Sequence record: OR496884.1
DNA: 64,000 nucleotides
Direction: 5' to 3' (one strand)
Shown: in pieces, positions 1-10,464 of the stretch
Layout: every line of letters begins with the position of its first letter
Position numbering within the stretch: position 1 is the stretch's first letter
Notes under the pieces: generated by a model
Database searches by the model: none
Seen by the model: only the letters and a program-made list of their open reading frames with translations
Told to the model about the DNA's origin: nothing
Translations under genes and position numbers: made by a program

Positions 1-387
1 GTTATCAAACCCCTTCATGTTCCCGACATTAGACAACTGACCTTCTGTTCGAAGATCTCGATCATTAGTCGGGATAACAACAAACTCTCTGATCAATCGC
101 TCCGACTCTGTATCCGCAATGACTTGTATTGTTAAGTTATCTCGGTACGGGATAATCTCATCAAAATAAACACTGGGTTGGAGTTTTAACTTAATGCCTA
201 TCTTTTCTGATCTAGCATTAATCATATCGGCTATCTCAGTAAAGTGTGTTACGCCAAGTACGTTAATTTGTTTTTTAGGTGTAATAATAACGGCGTTTAG
301 CGCAATTGATACAGATAGATTAACTTTGTGTTTGTCTGTTAATCTAGCTTGCTTTAAGAACCCCTTTATTTGCGCTTCTAAGCTCAT
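1..387 (-). CDS. Hypothetical phage protein, 3-prime partial (MSLEAQIKGFLKQARLTDKH..., runs off the left edge)
   Basis: Hand-translated, not in ORF track: ATG at 387 after AGGGGA, 129 codons without a stop to position 1, directly after the 391-1059 ORF. Confidence 0.75.
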   Translation of the reverse strand, partial: MSLEAQIKGFLKQARLTDKHKVNLSVSIALNAVIITPKKQINVLGVTHFTEIADMINARSEKIGIKLKLQPSVYFDEIIPYRDNLTIQVIADTESERLIREFVVIPTNDRDLRTEGQLSNVGNMKGFDN

Positions 388-390
388 TTG

Positions 391-1059
391 TTAATCCCCT
401 AGTCCGAATGGGTTAGTAGAGGAGAACATGTCCTCCATTGTGACCGGAGGACCTTTTACAGCAACAGGTTCATGGTAGAGACCGCTTTCAGCTTCTTTGA
501 ATATTCCTAGGTGCGAAATAAAAGAAGGACCTTCTCGTGTATCGTGTCCATACATCCAAGTCGTTGTTAATGCATCCAAAAGCACAAGTTCTTTATTGCT
601 AGAAACGCCGCACTTTTTGTTTACTTGTTGCATTTGATATTCACGATACCAACCAAATATGTATTTGGCTATTTTTTCCAAGATTTCTAGTTCTTGCATC
701 TTGGGTCGGTCAAACCAAGGAAGTTTTCCCATGACCTCACACCAAGTAGAAATATATTCTTGAATATTTGTATACATAGGGATAATGTCTTTTGAAGGAT
801 ATCTAAACGAAAATCCTGCATTGTCTCCCATGTGCAAAAACATATCGCAAAGCCTAGCTATTGTAGTAGGTCGTTCAACTACCTTCCCAAACATTTCCAA
901 TCCATTGATAGGAGGATATTTTTCCATTTGTTTGATTTGCTCAAAACTTAAGAAAAATTGTCTTGGGGCAAAAATATGAAATGTCTTGTTGCTAATGTAA
1001 TGATGAAGCGTCACCAGACGCTCCCTATTGTACATATAACGTTCTACATCCATTGTCAA
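391..1059 (-). CDS. Hypothetical protein in virion structural operon
   Basis: 222-aa ORF tightly packed with neighbours. Confidence 0.7.
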   Translation of the reverse strand: MTMDVERYMYNRERLVTLHHYISNKTFHIFAPRQFFLSFEQIKQMEKYPPINGLEMFGKVVERPTTIARLCDMFLHMGDNAGFSFRYPSKDIIPMYTNIQEYISTWCEVMGKLPWFDRPKMQELEILEKIAKYIFGWYREYQMQQVNKKCGVSSNKELVLLDALTTTWMYGHDTREGPSFISHLGIFKEAESGLYHEPVAVKGPPVTMEDMFSSTNPFGLGD

Positions 1060-1068
1060 TACCTTTTA

Positions 1069-2361
1069 TCACGTATAGAAAGAATTCTCTACCAGAGCGT
1101 GTTTAATCGCTCCTAGATAGATTCCTCCCATATAGAGCTTTTGAATATCGGTTAGATTCCAATAGTTCTCAACGACTTTCAATATTTCAGCTTTGTCCGC
1201 TGTCTTATCTCGCCAAACTTTCCAAATAAATTGCTCCAATTCATTTCCTTGACCGTCGTAAAACTCATCGGTAAAGAAATATGAATAAGACCTACCTGGT
1301 TCAGTTGGAACAACAGGTGTTGGACCAATAGGGAACAATGAACCGCTATTACGATACGCTTTTGGATTTGCTGATTGTTTATGAACAACGATGCAGCGAT
1401 CCATTTTGGAAAAGAATATTCCACCGTACGTTTTTGTGTTTAACATCTCACCGCGGTAGTGTTCGAAATATTCCTGTTTATATCGTTCTGGATGATTAAA
1501 CCCGTTTCGATAAAACATATCCCAAATAGTAATTGGTTCTTGCATTTTTAAACTGTCAACTTGATAATTGCAGTTTAATAGTTTAATGGGTTTTCTCATT
1601 CCAGTTAATTTAGACGGAATGGTATAACTTAAAAACTTGGCAAGATAAGGGTCATAAAGACGATCGTTCTTTTCATTAGGAATGATGATAGTTTCTTCTT
1701 CATTGTAATAATGATTCCCTAAAATATCATCTATCATCGCCAACCTAACAGAGTAAAGTTCGTTGTTAAGATCTTTATCTGTTTTTGTTAGTATTGCGTT
1801 ACCACCGGCTAATAAAATATCTTTTTGATAATACAGTTCCTCAATAACTTTAGCGTTGAGATTCTGCATGATCTGTTCGGTGACAATGGCAAGTAAACGC
1901 GCTTCAAACTGGTAACATTTATCAGCATGATACGTTTTTTCTTCCGGCTGTTCAAATACCGTATAAAGACCAGCCCTTCCGTCTCCGATGTCTTTAATGA
2001 ATAAGTCACCTATCCCAGGCGCTAAATCAAATAGAACATATCCAGAAATTACGTCACCTACTTCGGCTCGTTGTTGATCAAAACTAAAACTTCGATTAGT
2101 TTCTAATTTAACAATGAGGTTGTTGATTCGTTTGCAAGAAGAATAAACTTCCATTGAATCTGGGGTAAAACTGTGTTGTTCTTCATCAATATTGTTAGAA
2201 CCTCTGTACCATTCAACTAAGGTTGGTTCACCGTTAACAAAAGAAAGTAAACTGGTATGAGGCGTATATTTGGATTGAATAATAGAATGACGATATCCCT
2301 CGTCAAATATTGTTGTTTCTTGTTTTGGGGGAGTCACTCCCCCAACGACTGTTTGCGCCAT
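1069..2361 (-). CDS. Probable virion structural protein (phiKZ gp101-like, tentative)
   Basis: 430-aa ORF; position after head-protein cluster; assignment by recalled synteny. Confidence 0.55.
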   Translation of the reverse strand: MAQTVVGGVTPPKQETTIFDEGYRHSIIQSKYTPHTSLLSFVNGEPTLVEWYRGSNNIDEEQHSFTPDSMEVYSSCKRINNLIVKLETNRSFSFDQQRAEVGDVISGYVLFDLAPGIGDLFIKDIGDGRAGLYTVFEQPEEKTYHADKCYQFEARLLAIVTEQIMQNLNAKVIEELYYQKDILLAGGNAILTKTDKDLNNELYSVRLAMIDDILGNHYYNEEETIIIPNEKNDRLYDPYLAKFLSYTIPSKLTGMRKPIKLLNCNYQVDSLKMQEPITIWDMFYRNGFNHPERYKQEYFEHYRGEMLNTKTYGGIFFSKMDRCIVVHKQSANPKAYRNSGSLFPIGPTPVVPTEPGRSYSYFFTDEFYDGQGNELEQFIWKVWRDKTADKAEILKVVENYWNLTDIQKLYMGGIYLGAIKHALVENSFYT

Positions 2362-2371
2362 TTAGTCAACC

Positions 2372-3919
2372 TCAACGTCGATAATTAAAACGGTTACTGT
2401 CGGCATTGTAAGCAAAGATAACAGATCCCATTGTTCCTCTTTCAAAGAACTCTACTTCGTCACCATCCCCTACTTCAATTTCATTATGGATATCCCACCA
2501 ATCCAATTTACCATTTTCTCCAAAATGAGGAGGAATATTGTAATTTGGAAAGAGTTGTTCAATAATCCATTTCCCCCACTCTGTATCACTAACAATATCT
2601 TCAATACAATCTGAAGTATAAAGTCTCAATGCATAATCAAGACTAAATACAATTCGATAGATGTTAGATAAAGTAGGAGGACGTAATAAAACTAAATCGC
2701 CGTTTTCTCTTAATTCTAATTGTTCTTCAGCTACTTCTGTGTTATCAGAATACACTTTGAAATTTAATGGATTACGATGTCTTGTTGTCACTTTACTGTG
2801 ATATTTCAAAACCCATTTTAAAAAAGCTGGATCCCAATTAAACCCATTTAACTGAGTAATATTAAGTAAAATTTGTTCTGGGTCATTTGTGACTGTAATC
2901 AACACTTGTAGTTGAGGGGACAACCAATTAACATTAGGTGGTCTCCAGTTGTCCTGTGATGGCAACGCAACATACCCTGCTGTCTCTATTAACTTGTCAC
3001 CAAATATCAAAGCAGCTAGTTTAGATTCCATAAACCTATTGGTAGGAAGATCCATTTTATTTTGTTCAAATACTTCAGGTAACCATTCTTCTTCCATCAC
3101 TTGTTGATAAACTTGGATGGGATATTGAACTTCCCATTTAACATGTTCATTCCAATAAAAAGAATATGTCCAGCTAACTTCGTATTTCCCAACAAACGCA
3201 CCCTTGCTTACTTTAGCAAAGTTGACTTCCCCGAACTCAATCCCTGTGTTAGCAACTTGTTGGTTAAAGACAAGTGTGTCGTTATTACCAATTATATTAC
3301 TAATGATATCTGTTGGAACAGTAGCAAAATACCTAAACCATTTAATAAAATTAACATCAGGACCTTCTGTATAAATTCCGGCTGCTAATTGCTTTTTATA
3401 AATAGATTGGAAACATTCCAAGATTCTCCAAGGAATAGGATAATGCGTGTTCATATCAAATAGATTGTTTTGATGTGAACTTAAAGCACCGCTCCTGATT
3501 TTATTATGGAATGTCTTTGCAGTTATTCTGTCTTTAAAATACTTGTTTAATGTAATGGTGTATTTTCTATTTTGGTAAATAGGTCTAATCATCGAATTAG
3601 TGATTGGATCATACCACATATGTGGAGTGGTCGGAGTAGATCTTGACTCAGCATCCAGCTCATCATTATAACCAGAATAATCATCGTCTAATTCAACAAA
3701 GATTTTATCATCATAACCAAGATCAGTATCTTTATCGTCACCACGTCGACTGTTATACAAACTACCTAACAACTTACTGACTTCTGCTTCACCATTGAAA
3801 AATACTTTATGATTTTTAGCAATATTGAAATATTCAATGATTGTTGCTAATGATTTTAATATAGCGGGTCTTGTCGAAATACGGTAAACCTCGCTTGCAG
3901 ACACATCTACTTTAAACAT
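2372..3919 (-). CDS. Probable virion structural protein (phiKZ gp99-like, tentative)
   Basis: 515-aa ORF; recalled synteny. Confidence 0.55.
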   Translation of the reverse strand: MFKVDVSASEVYRISTRPAILKSLATIIEYFNIAKNHKVFFNGEAEVSKLLGSLYNSRRGDDKDTDLGYDDKIFVELDDDYSGYNDELDAESRSTPTTPHMWYDPITNSMIRPIYQNRKYTITLNKYFKDRITAKTFHNKIRSGALSSHQNNLFDMNTHYPIPWRILECFQSIYKKQLAAGIYTEGPDVNFIKWFRYFATVPTDIISNIIGNNDTLVFNQQVANTGIEFGEVNFAKVSKGAFVGKYEVSWTYSFYWNEHVKWEVQYPIQVYQQVMEEEWLPEVFEQNKMDLPTNRFMESKLAALIFGDKLIETAGYVALPSQDNWRPPNVNWLSPQLQVLITVTNDPEQILLNITQLNGFNWDPAFLKWVLKYHSKVTTRHRNPLNFKVYSDNTEVAEEQLELRENGDLVLLRPPTLSNIYRIVFSLDYALRLYTSDCIEDIVSDTEWGKWIIEQLFPNYNIPPHFGENGKLDWWDIHNEIEVGDGDEVEFFERGTMGSVIFAYNADSNRFNYRR

Positions 3920-3960
3920 AGCTATGGTTCCCTAATTCAGAATTCATAACATCAAGGAGA

Positions 3961-3992
3961 TTCTCCCTACCCCAGTTAAGGAGTAAGGAGAA
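3961..3992 (-). terminator. RNA hairpin downstream of 3999-4970
   Basis: Minus strand UUCUCCUUACUCC/GGGGUAGGGAGAA: 13 bp whose two mismatches become G-U pairs only on the minus strand. Confidence 0.6.
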
Positions 3993-3998
3993 TATAGT

Positions 3999-4970
3999 TT
4001 ATTCTAAATCAGGATCTAAGTAAACAACAATTTCTTCTTCTATTTCATCTTGTATTAGTTCTTCCGGTTTCTCCTCTGGAGTTAAAGAAGGATTAGGATT
4101 GATTACTTCGTAATCGCTTATATAGTTTTCTCCCTTTCCCTCATCCGGTTTCTCCGATACCTGTTCGCTTTCACCGAGTAACAATTCTTTCGAATCATCG
4201 CTCAATAGATTAGTGTCTTCAGTAGAAGAATAATTAAGATCTGGAATATCGTCTAAGTTGGAAGTGAATCGAACAAACAACGATAAGCCGTTAGGACACT
4301 TAAATACAAGAATATCGGAAAGTGTATCTGTAAATAAATGAGTTACTACACCTTTGGTGATTTGTAAATCCATCAGTGTATAAAACTCGGAACTTAATCT
4401 GTGTTTAATTTGATTTAGTAAATACTGTTTACTTGCTTGTGTAAAACGATTTCCAATGAACGCGTTAGTTTCTAAGTTTCTTAAATCAAAGATTCTTGAA
4501 ACAAAGAAAAGTTTTACCATGGAAAGTCTAAAACAATATTCATGTGGAATATGTGTAATATCCCTCATTAAACCGTCCCCATTCACGCCAGAATCACTTC
4601 TTGTGTAATAGAGCGGTATTTCCCCATAATAACCGTAGGAATCGTTTAAAATAGGAAGAGAGATGTATTTCTGATCTTGGGTTGGATAAAGCGGTTCGGC
4701 GTTGTAATAATCAATTCCTTTTTCTAAACCAAGATTATATTTATCAGACACTATTTGATAAAAATCATCCATGGTTGTTCCAACAGGAATTTCAATTACT
4801 GGGCTAAACCCAAAGAGTAGTTTAATATCCAACTTTTGTAACACCGTGCTAACAAGCATTCCATTAGCGCGTGTTTCAATGATGCTTCTTAAATTACTCT
4901 TTGCATAGATCCGAATAAACTCATGACCAGAACTTAGTTTTTGAATAACTTGTTCTTTAAAGGTCTGCAT
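3999..4970 (-). CDS. Hypothetical (probable virion) protein with acidic C-terminal tail
   Basis: 323-aa ORF, E/D-rich last ~80 aa. Confidence 0.7.
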   Translation of the reverse strand: MQTFKEQVIQKLSSGHEFIRIYAKSNLRSIIETRANGMLVSTVLQKLDIKLLFGFSPVIEIPVGTTMDDFYQIVSDKYNLGLEKGIDYYNAEPLYPTQDQKYISLPILNDSYGYYGEIPLYYTRSDSGVNGDGLMRDITHIPHEYCFRLSMVKLFFVSRIFDLRNLETNAFIGNRFTQASKQYLLNQIKHRLSSEFYTLMDLQITKGVVTHLFTDTLSDILVFKCPNGLSLFVRFTSNLDDIPDLNYSSTEDTNLLSDDSKELLLGESEQVSEKPDEGKGENYISDYEVINPNPSLTPEEKPEELIQDEIEEEIVVYLDPDLE

Positions 4971-4973
4971 TCG

Positions 4974-5864
4974 TTATCCCTTAAATTCGGATTCTTTTGT
5001 TTCAGGTTTAACACTGTTGGCGTTGTTAGAGATAGCGTTAAGCATACCAGTGATTTTAGTTCGGATAGATCCAAGCAGTTTAGTTCCTTTTGTTTCTTCT
5101 TTAGCTGTGTCCACTGCTTCCTTCTGCTCAGCCTTAGCAGCTTGCTGGATTTCACTGGTTGCATCCTCGCTAACACTTGGACCTTTACGCATTTTCTCAG
5201 CAGACTGTTCTGCTGCTTTAACAGACTGTTCCAATACGGTAGTGACTGCTTTAGAAGCTTCTGCTGCTTTCTTACGCATCTCTGTATAGACAGCACCAAG
5301 TTGTCCTACTGTTTTAGCGTTACTAACTCGTGATGCCGCTGCTTTACAATTTTCAATAGCTGTTCCAAGAGCCGGATACTTTTTCATTAAGTTTTCAAGT
5401 TCGACACTTTCACCAATCCCTTTAAAGTAGGTCAACGGATTAGTTAACTTACTTTCTTCTTTAATGGGAGCTTCCATGTCCATCTTGCTCAAAGACTCAA
5501 GAGATTCAACTGCTTTCTTGTCAGCCTCTTCAGCAGCTTTCTTACCGTCACCAAAGAAATACTCTTTGATCTTTTTAAGTGTTTCGATAATTGCTTTATA
5601 AGCTGCTTCACCAGAACTTTTGAGTGTATCTACCCAGCTTTCAGAACCTTGAAAACCATGAAGTTTTAAAGTAGTGATACTGTAGGCTTCTGTTCCTGAC
5701 ATAGCAGCAAAGTCAAGTTGTTCCTTACTCAACATACTTCCATATCCGTCAAGGATTTCGACAACATGGTCAATGTCTTCATTAGAAGCTTTTGCAGGAT
5801 TAACAGTTACGTCATCCTCAGGAAACTCAGTCAGTTCATCACTGAGAATATTAGATTCAATCAT
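4974..5864 (-). CDS. Internal head protein with acidic propeptide (phiKZ gp93-97-type paralog family)
   Basis: SGTE/A and QGSE/SW motifs ending an acidic N-terminus; Ala/Lys-rich helical body. Confidence 0.7.
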   Translation of the reverse strand: MIESNILSDELTEFPEDDVTVNPAKASNEDIDHVVEILDGYGSMLSKEQLDFAAMSGTEAYSITTLKLHGFQGSESWVDTLKSSGEAAYKAIIETLKKIKEYFFGDGKKAAEEADKKAVESLESLSKMDMEAPIKEESKLTNPLTYFKGIGESVELENLMKKYPALGTAIENCKAAASRVSNAKTVGQLGAVYTEMRKKAAEASKAVTTVLEQSVKAAEQSAEKMRKGPSVSEDATSEIQQAAKAEQKEAVDTAKEETKGTKLLGSIRTKITGMLNAISNNANSVKPETKESEFKG

Positions 5865-6439
5865 TACTTACCCCATTTATCATTAGTAAAATTAAAGAAC
5901 CAATCTGCTGTGTGAATCAGATTAACTAATTGCAGAGCTTGTAACAAATTCATTAATAAAAATGAAACTTCATTACAAGCACTAATTTTAACCGCTGCAA
6001 TTAATCGTTCTAATCCTTCTTCAATCTGAGAAATAATTTTAGCAACGGTTGATTTCCCATTGTAAAACATATTTTCATCGTCTAACTCTGTCGTTTGAAT
6101 AATCTTTTCTTCCAAATTAGCAAAGTTAGGAAAGTCATAAACAGCCGTGCGTAAATCAATTAATTTATATTGCAACATTTTATCGGAATCAATTCTGCTT
6201 ATTATTTTGTTGAAATTAGATTCTAAATCAAGTGTTGCGTTAACAGCTACTTTGCGTGTTAACAACGTGAACGGGATAGTAAAGTCTTGCTGAATCCCTT
6301 CTAGTTGTTTAATTAAGTTATCTGCCATGGCTTTAATGTCGACTTGCTGACCATCGATATTAACGGCGTATTTTAAAATCATGGCGTTGTAAATACACAA
6401 TCCTTGTTTTAAGGAAAGGTATTTATCTTGGTTCATCAT
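5864..6439 (-). CDS. Hypothetical protein in head-protein operon
   Basis: 191-aa ORF with start/stop overlaps to both neighbours. Confidence 0.7.
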   Translation of the reverse strand: MMNQDKYLSLKQGLCIYNAMILKYAVNIDGQQVDIKAMADNLIKQLEGIQQDFTIPFTLLTRKVAVNATLDLESNFNKIISRIDSDKMLQYKLIDLRTAVYDFPNFANLEEKIIQTTELDDENMFYNGKSTVAKIISQIEEGLERLIAAVKISACNEVSFLLMNLLQALQLVNLIHTADWFFNFTNDKWGK

Positions 6440-6960
6440 ACTGTCACCTCTACCGTTCCAGTAAAAATGGGATGTGTGTTCACCACGGAGATAGTTAACT
6501 TATCGTCCTGCTTTCCAAGCATCACATCGGAGACTTGTAATTCCCAAAATCCTAATACACGGCAAAACAAATAAAACTGTTTTATAAGATGCTCGTCAAA
6601 TCCTTCAGGAACGGTTATACGCTCATCTGGGTATTTCACAAGTGGTTTATTAGGTTCTGTTGGAAAAGCGTTTATAAAGCTTCCCATGTCCGTCTGTGAA
6701 GGACTTATTTGTTTAACTAACTCTTTATCATTAAAAACAGTGAGATCGATGTTTTTTGGAAAGAAAGCGCCGATATTGATCTTTCTACTCAATACACCTC
6801 GGTGAGAAAAAAGATCTTTTAAAATGACATGTTCTTGAACACTTGAAACAAAACCCAATCCATTTAAATCAGTTTCTATTTCAGTTTCATTGAGTTCATT
6901 AATCAAACGTACCACGTCGTACTTTAGTCCGAGTTGATTAACTGTAATGATATCAATCAT
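6436..6960 (-). CDS. Hypothetical (probable virion) protein
   Basis: 174-aa ORF with 4-nt overlaps to neighbours. Confidence 0.7.
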   Translation of the reverse strand: MIDIITVNQLGLKYDVVRLINELNETEIETDLNGLGFVSSVQEHVILKDLFSHRGVLSRKINIGAFFPKNIDLTVFNDKELVKQISPSQTDMGSFINAFPTEPNKPLVKYPDERITVPEGFDEHLIKQFYLFCRVLGFWELQVSDVMLGKQDDKLTISVVNTHPIFTGTVEVTV

Positions 6961-8039
6961 TCATTAATCCCCGCTTCACAAAAATCCAAAGCGCCATCAA
7001 TAGAACTGGTCACGTAGTTAATAGCTCTACCATTTAGTGTTTTACTAAGCGATATCAGCCAATTCAAATAAGCACGTTGTTCTGATTTAATAGACGTATC
7101 GTTCTTATTAATATAGGAAACAACCTCTTTTTCAAAAAGACGATGTAACTCACTGACGTTCTTTTGATTAGAACGGACTTTATTAATAAGATCACCAATA
7201 CTGCTTAACGTGCTATCAATAATGAAACTAGTAGGTCCAAATTGAGGAGCTTTTAATTTTGACTCAATACTGGTGTTGTCAAAATAACAAGGTGTATTAA
7301 TAATGCGTTCTGGTGTTGAAGCTTGATAAACAAAATAACGATTTCCTGGCAATACCCCAGAATGATAGGAAACGACCCCATCCTGTCCTTTTGTTCCAAG
7401 TTCTAAATTAAACTTATTAACAAATAAACGATTTATTTTACCCACCGCTGTATCGATATCAAAATCATTGTAATGAATTGAAATGTTATCTAACAGCCCT
7501 TTGTACACGTCTATTGCAGTTGTGTAAAACTCATTTACTACAATAATTGATTCTTTTACCCACTGACCATCTTCGGTCACTTTGCTAGGTATAATCAAAC
7601 GTTTTACGGTACTTGGGTATTTAACGTCTTTATTTTTTAACCCATAACGTTTACGACGAGAAGAGATACGGAAACGACGATTATCAATACGAGTAATTTT
7701 ATTATTGATCAAATTCACAATCCAAGCAACAACGTCCTTAGCAAATTGCACTAAAGAACGTAATATAGCTTTGGTTTTATCTGCAAGTCCTTCTACGCCA
7801 TCAATTGGATTATCTAATGACAATGTAGTTTTATAAGTTCCAAAATCCTTTATTACCGAAGCTAATATTTGACCTTGACCTTCAAAACTTTCATTACCGG
7901 CAACATCTTCGGTTTCTTCAACTTTGATATCCTTACCAATAAAGAAATTTAAACTGTCTTCAACATCACTAACCCTTGTAGCATATAAGTCATCTTGGGT
8001 ACTACCCTGATCTTGCTTAGGCAAAATAGTTGTGCTCAT
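6957..8039 (-). CDS. Internal head protein with propeptide
   Basis: RBS AAGGAG; AGNE/SF and DGVE/GL motifs. Confidence 0.7.
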   Translation of the reverse strand: MSTTILPKQDQGSTQDDLYATRVSDVEDSLNFFIGKDIKVEETEDVAGNESFEGQGQILASVIKDFGTYKTTLSLDNPIDGVEGLADKTKAILRSLVQFAKDVVAWIVNLINNKITRIDNRRFRISSRRKRYGLKNKDVKYPSTVKRLIIPSKVTEDGQWVKESIIVVNEFYTTAIDVYKGLLDNISIHYNDFDIDTAVGKINRLFVNKFNLELGTKGQDGVVSYHSGVLPGNRYFVYQASTPERIINTPCYFDNTSIESKLKAPQFGPTSFIIDSTLSSIGDLINKVRSNQKNVSELHRLFEKEVVSYINKNDTSIKSEQRAYLNWLISLSKTLNGRAINYVTSSIDGALDFCEAGINE

Positions 8040-8080
8040 AACGTTCTCCTTAAGAAGTCATAGCATTATTGAAAACAACC

Positions 8081-8114
8081 AAAGAGTGAAGGGACGTCTG
8101 TCCCTTCACTCTTT
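8081..8114. terminator. Intrinsic terminator
   Basis: Perfect 15-bp stem aaagagtgaagggac/gtcccttcactcttt, 4-nt loop, after the 8117 stop. Confidence 0.8.
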
Positions 8115-8116
8115 TA

Positions 8117-9127
8117 TTAATTATGCATAAATTTATCTAAATCTTCGATAGACGTCATTGCTGGAACAATATTTTCTAGTTTACTACTAGTCCCTCCAAC
8201 TTCTTTATTAATTTTTGATATGGCGGACCCAATTTGAATAATAAAATTATCACATTCGGCGACTAGCTTAGACATTTTGGTCGCGGCTTTGCCTAATGAT
8301 TGAGTAAATTTTAATACTGCTTCAGCGCTGCGATGTTCATTACCATCTTTAATTAGTTTTTCATAATAGATCGTTGATTTTTCAAGGGTGTCGTTTACAT
8401 TTTGTAATACGTCTTTTGCAACAGTACGAAACTTTTCAGTTGCTTCAATAACTTTACTGCCGGTTTCAATACTTTCAATTACTGCAACAACTTCAATCTC
8501 TTCGGACTTTCCATTTTTATTACTATGTTGAAAAGATTTACTCAATACATTGAACGCGCTTAATAATTTCAAGTGATCTGATTTACGCCAGTCAAGTTGC
8601 AATGTCGCTTTACCTGTTTGGGCGGCTGCAAGGTAACCTTCGGTTTTTGCATCTGCTACTTCGTTAAAGTACTCCGTCATGAAACTAACATAAGGACCAA
8701 AACGAAGCTCAATTGCTTCTACAGTTCCCGCGTTTTCAATTTTATTAATACTGGGTTTAATCTGTTGAACTTTGTTTTCTACGGTTTCTTTTAAATCAGG
8801 TTGTTTTTTGATGGCTTGTAATACAACTTTGGTTTCTTTTTCAATTTCTTTTATTTGAACATCTTTAATTTTACTTTTACTACCAAAGAAAAACTCTTTA
8901 ATACCCTTAATCAAATTCCAAATCATTTCAACGACTTTTTTAGCACCGGCTTTAATTGCAGAACCTAATCCTTCCTGACCCGCAATTGCGGCTAAATCAC
9001 AACCATTGAGTCGTAATACACTTTGGGTGTATTTTGCATTGATTGTTTTAAAATCTTTATTGCAAATAGATTCAAACCCTGAAAGTACATCAAATGCATG
9101 ATCCATTTGATCGATATTAACGTTCAT
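8117..9127 (-). CDS. Internal head protein with propeptide
   Basis: SGFE/S and AGQE/GL motifs; N-terminal layout matches 4974-5864. Confidence 0.7.
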   Translation of the reverse strand: MNVNIDQMDHAFDVLSGFESICNKDFKTINAKYTQSVLRLNGCDLAAIAGQEGLGSAIKAGAKKVVEMIWNLIKGIKEFFFGSKSKIKDVQIKEIEKETKVVLQAIKKQPDLKETVENKVQQIKPSINKIENAGTVEAIELRFGPYVSFMTEYFNEVADAKTEGYLAAAQTGKATLQLDWRKSDHLKLLSAFNVLSKSFQHSNKNGKSEEIEVVAVIESIETGSKVIEATEKFRTVAKDVLQNVNDTLEKSTIYYEKLIKDGNEHRSAEAVLKFTQSLGKAATKMSKLVAECDNFIIQIGSAISKINKEVGGTSSKLENIVPAMTSIEDLDKFMHN

Positions 9128-9181
9128 AATTTTCCTTAATAAATGTTATTTGTTGTAATCAAAATATTCATTAAATAAACA

Positions 9182-9213
9182 AAGAGAGAAGGGACCGAAG
9201 CCCCTTCTCTCTT
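9182..9213. terminator. Intrinsic terminator after 9244-10410
   Basis: Stem aagagagaaggg/cccttctctctt. Confidence 0.75.
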
Positions 9214-9243
9214 AAATTTTTATGTATTCTAAATCCACACTAA

Positions 9244-10410
9244 TTAATAGTGAGCTTTAACCAGGGCCAACTGTGCTTGCAGCAGATCAGCAGCAACGCT
9301 CAGGGCACCTTTTTGCAGTTTCAGACCGGCGCGGCAAGCAGCTTTGATAGCGTCGATGTCTTCTTTAACATCAGTCTTATCTTCAGCAGCCATACGCTCC
9401 AGAGAAGCAATGGTGTTATCACGTTGGGCAGTCAGAGATTTGCTATCCAGTTTGCTGAATTGCAGAGCCTTGGCAGAACCAACAACGTCGTTAGCAATAC
9501 TGCGCAGGGCGCCTTGCTCCATCGGGGCTTGATCTTTCTTAGCTTCACCACCAGTCAGACCGGACACTGCAACTTTACCCAGGCCAGCAACAGTTTTCGG
9601 GTAAACAACAGTAAAGGAACCACCACCGACGGTCACTTTAAAGGTTTCGGTTGCTTCGTTAGAAGCAATGCTAGAAGCAGTACCGACAGCCTTCAGTGCG
9701 TTAACGGCAGATTGTACGCCAGACAGCGCACCTTCTTTACCGCCAGCTTTCAGAGCAGTTTCAACTGCGCCGATCACTTTACTTACATCACCGGCAGGAG
9801 AAACCTTACCATTGGCAGGCAACCAGCTTGCGCTAGCGGAAAGGTTAACCTTTTCTTTCGGATCTTTAACGACAGAAGTACCCAGATTTTTGGCTTGCTT
9901 TTCCAGACCTTTAAACTTGTTAAAGATACCCATGAAGAAAGCAATGAAGCCATTGTACAGATCAACGAAGAACTTCTTGATGGCTTCTTTGGCTTTACCA
10001 GCACGCTCTTTGAAAGATTCGATGCCAGCAACGGCGTTCATAGAAGCAGTGGACGCATCAGCAAAACTTTCAGCACCTTGAATTTCTACGGTAGCGCCAA
10101 AACGAGCAGCGATTTTAGCGGCGCGCTTCATCTTGTCGTGGAACAGAGCAGAGTTGAATTCGGTAGTGCCGTTCAGCATACCTTCCATACCACTGATCTC
10201 TTCTTCCAGCTCTTCAACCTTTTCGGTCAGAACTTCGATAGCGGTATCGTTCTTTTCAATGTCTTTCTCTTGCTCAGCCAGTTCAACTTCAACTTCAGCC
10301 AGCTCTTTTTCAACAATAGCTTCAGCCACGGCTTCAGCAGTCACTTCTACCTGGGTGTCCAGATCAGCGCTTTCGGTACCGGCCACAGCTGCAAAAATAG
10401 TATCGTACAT
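9244..10410 (-). CDS. Abundant internal head/ejection protein (phiKZ gp93 / SPN3US gp53-54 type)
   Basis: Four G-x-E sites (AGTES, SGMEG, QGAES, AGIES), acidic coiled-coil propeptide, strong high-expression codon bias. Confidence 0.75.
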   Translation of the reverse strand: MYDTIFAAVAGTESADLDTQVEVTAEAVAEAIVEKELAEVEVELAEQEKDIEKNDTAIEVLTEKVEELEEEISGMEGMLNGTTEFNSALFHDKMKRAAKIAARFGATVEIQGAESFADASTASMNAVAGIESFKERAGKAKEAIKKFFVDLYNGFIAFFMGIFNKFKGLEKQAKNLGTSVVKDPKEKVNLSASASWLPANGKVSPAGDVSKVIGAVETALKAGGKEGALSGVQSAVNALKAVGTASSIASNEATETFKVTVGGGSFTVVYPKTVAGLGKVAVSGLTGGEAKKDQAPMEQGALRSIANDVVGSAKALQFSKLDSKSLTAQRDNTIASLERMAAEDKTDVKEDIDAIKAACRAGLKLQKGALSVAADLLQAQLALVKAHY

Positions 10411-10464
10411 AAGGATATCCTTTATTCAAAAAGTTTGTCAATTGAAACAAAATGCTAAAACGAT

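Noticed and set aside
4934-5333. Several 90-130-aa overlapping ORFs
   Set aside because: Alternative-frame or antisense by-products of the Ala/Lys/Glu-rich 4974-5864 gene
9250-10458. 402-aa plus-strand ORF
   Set aside because: Antisense shadow of the codon-biased head gene; F/S/Q-rich composition, no RBS or motifs
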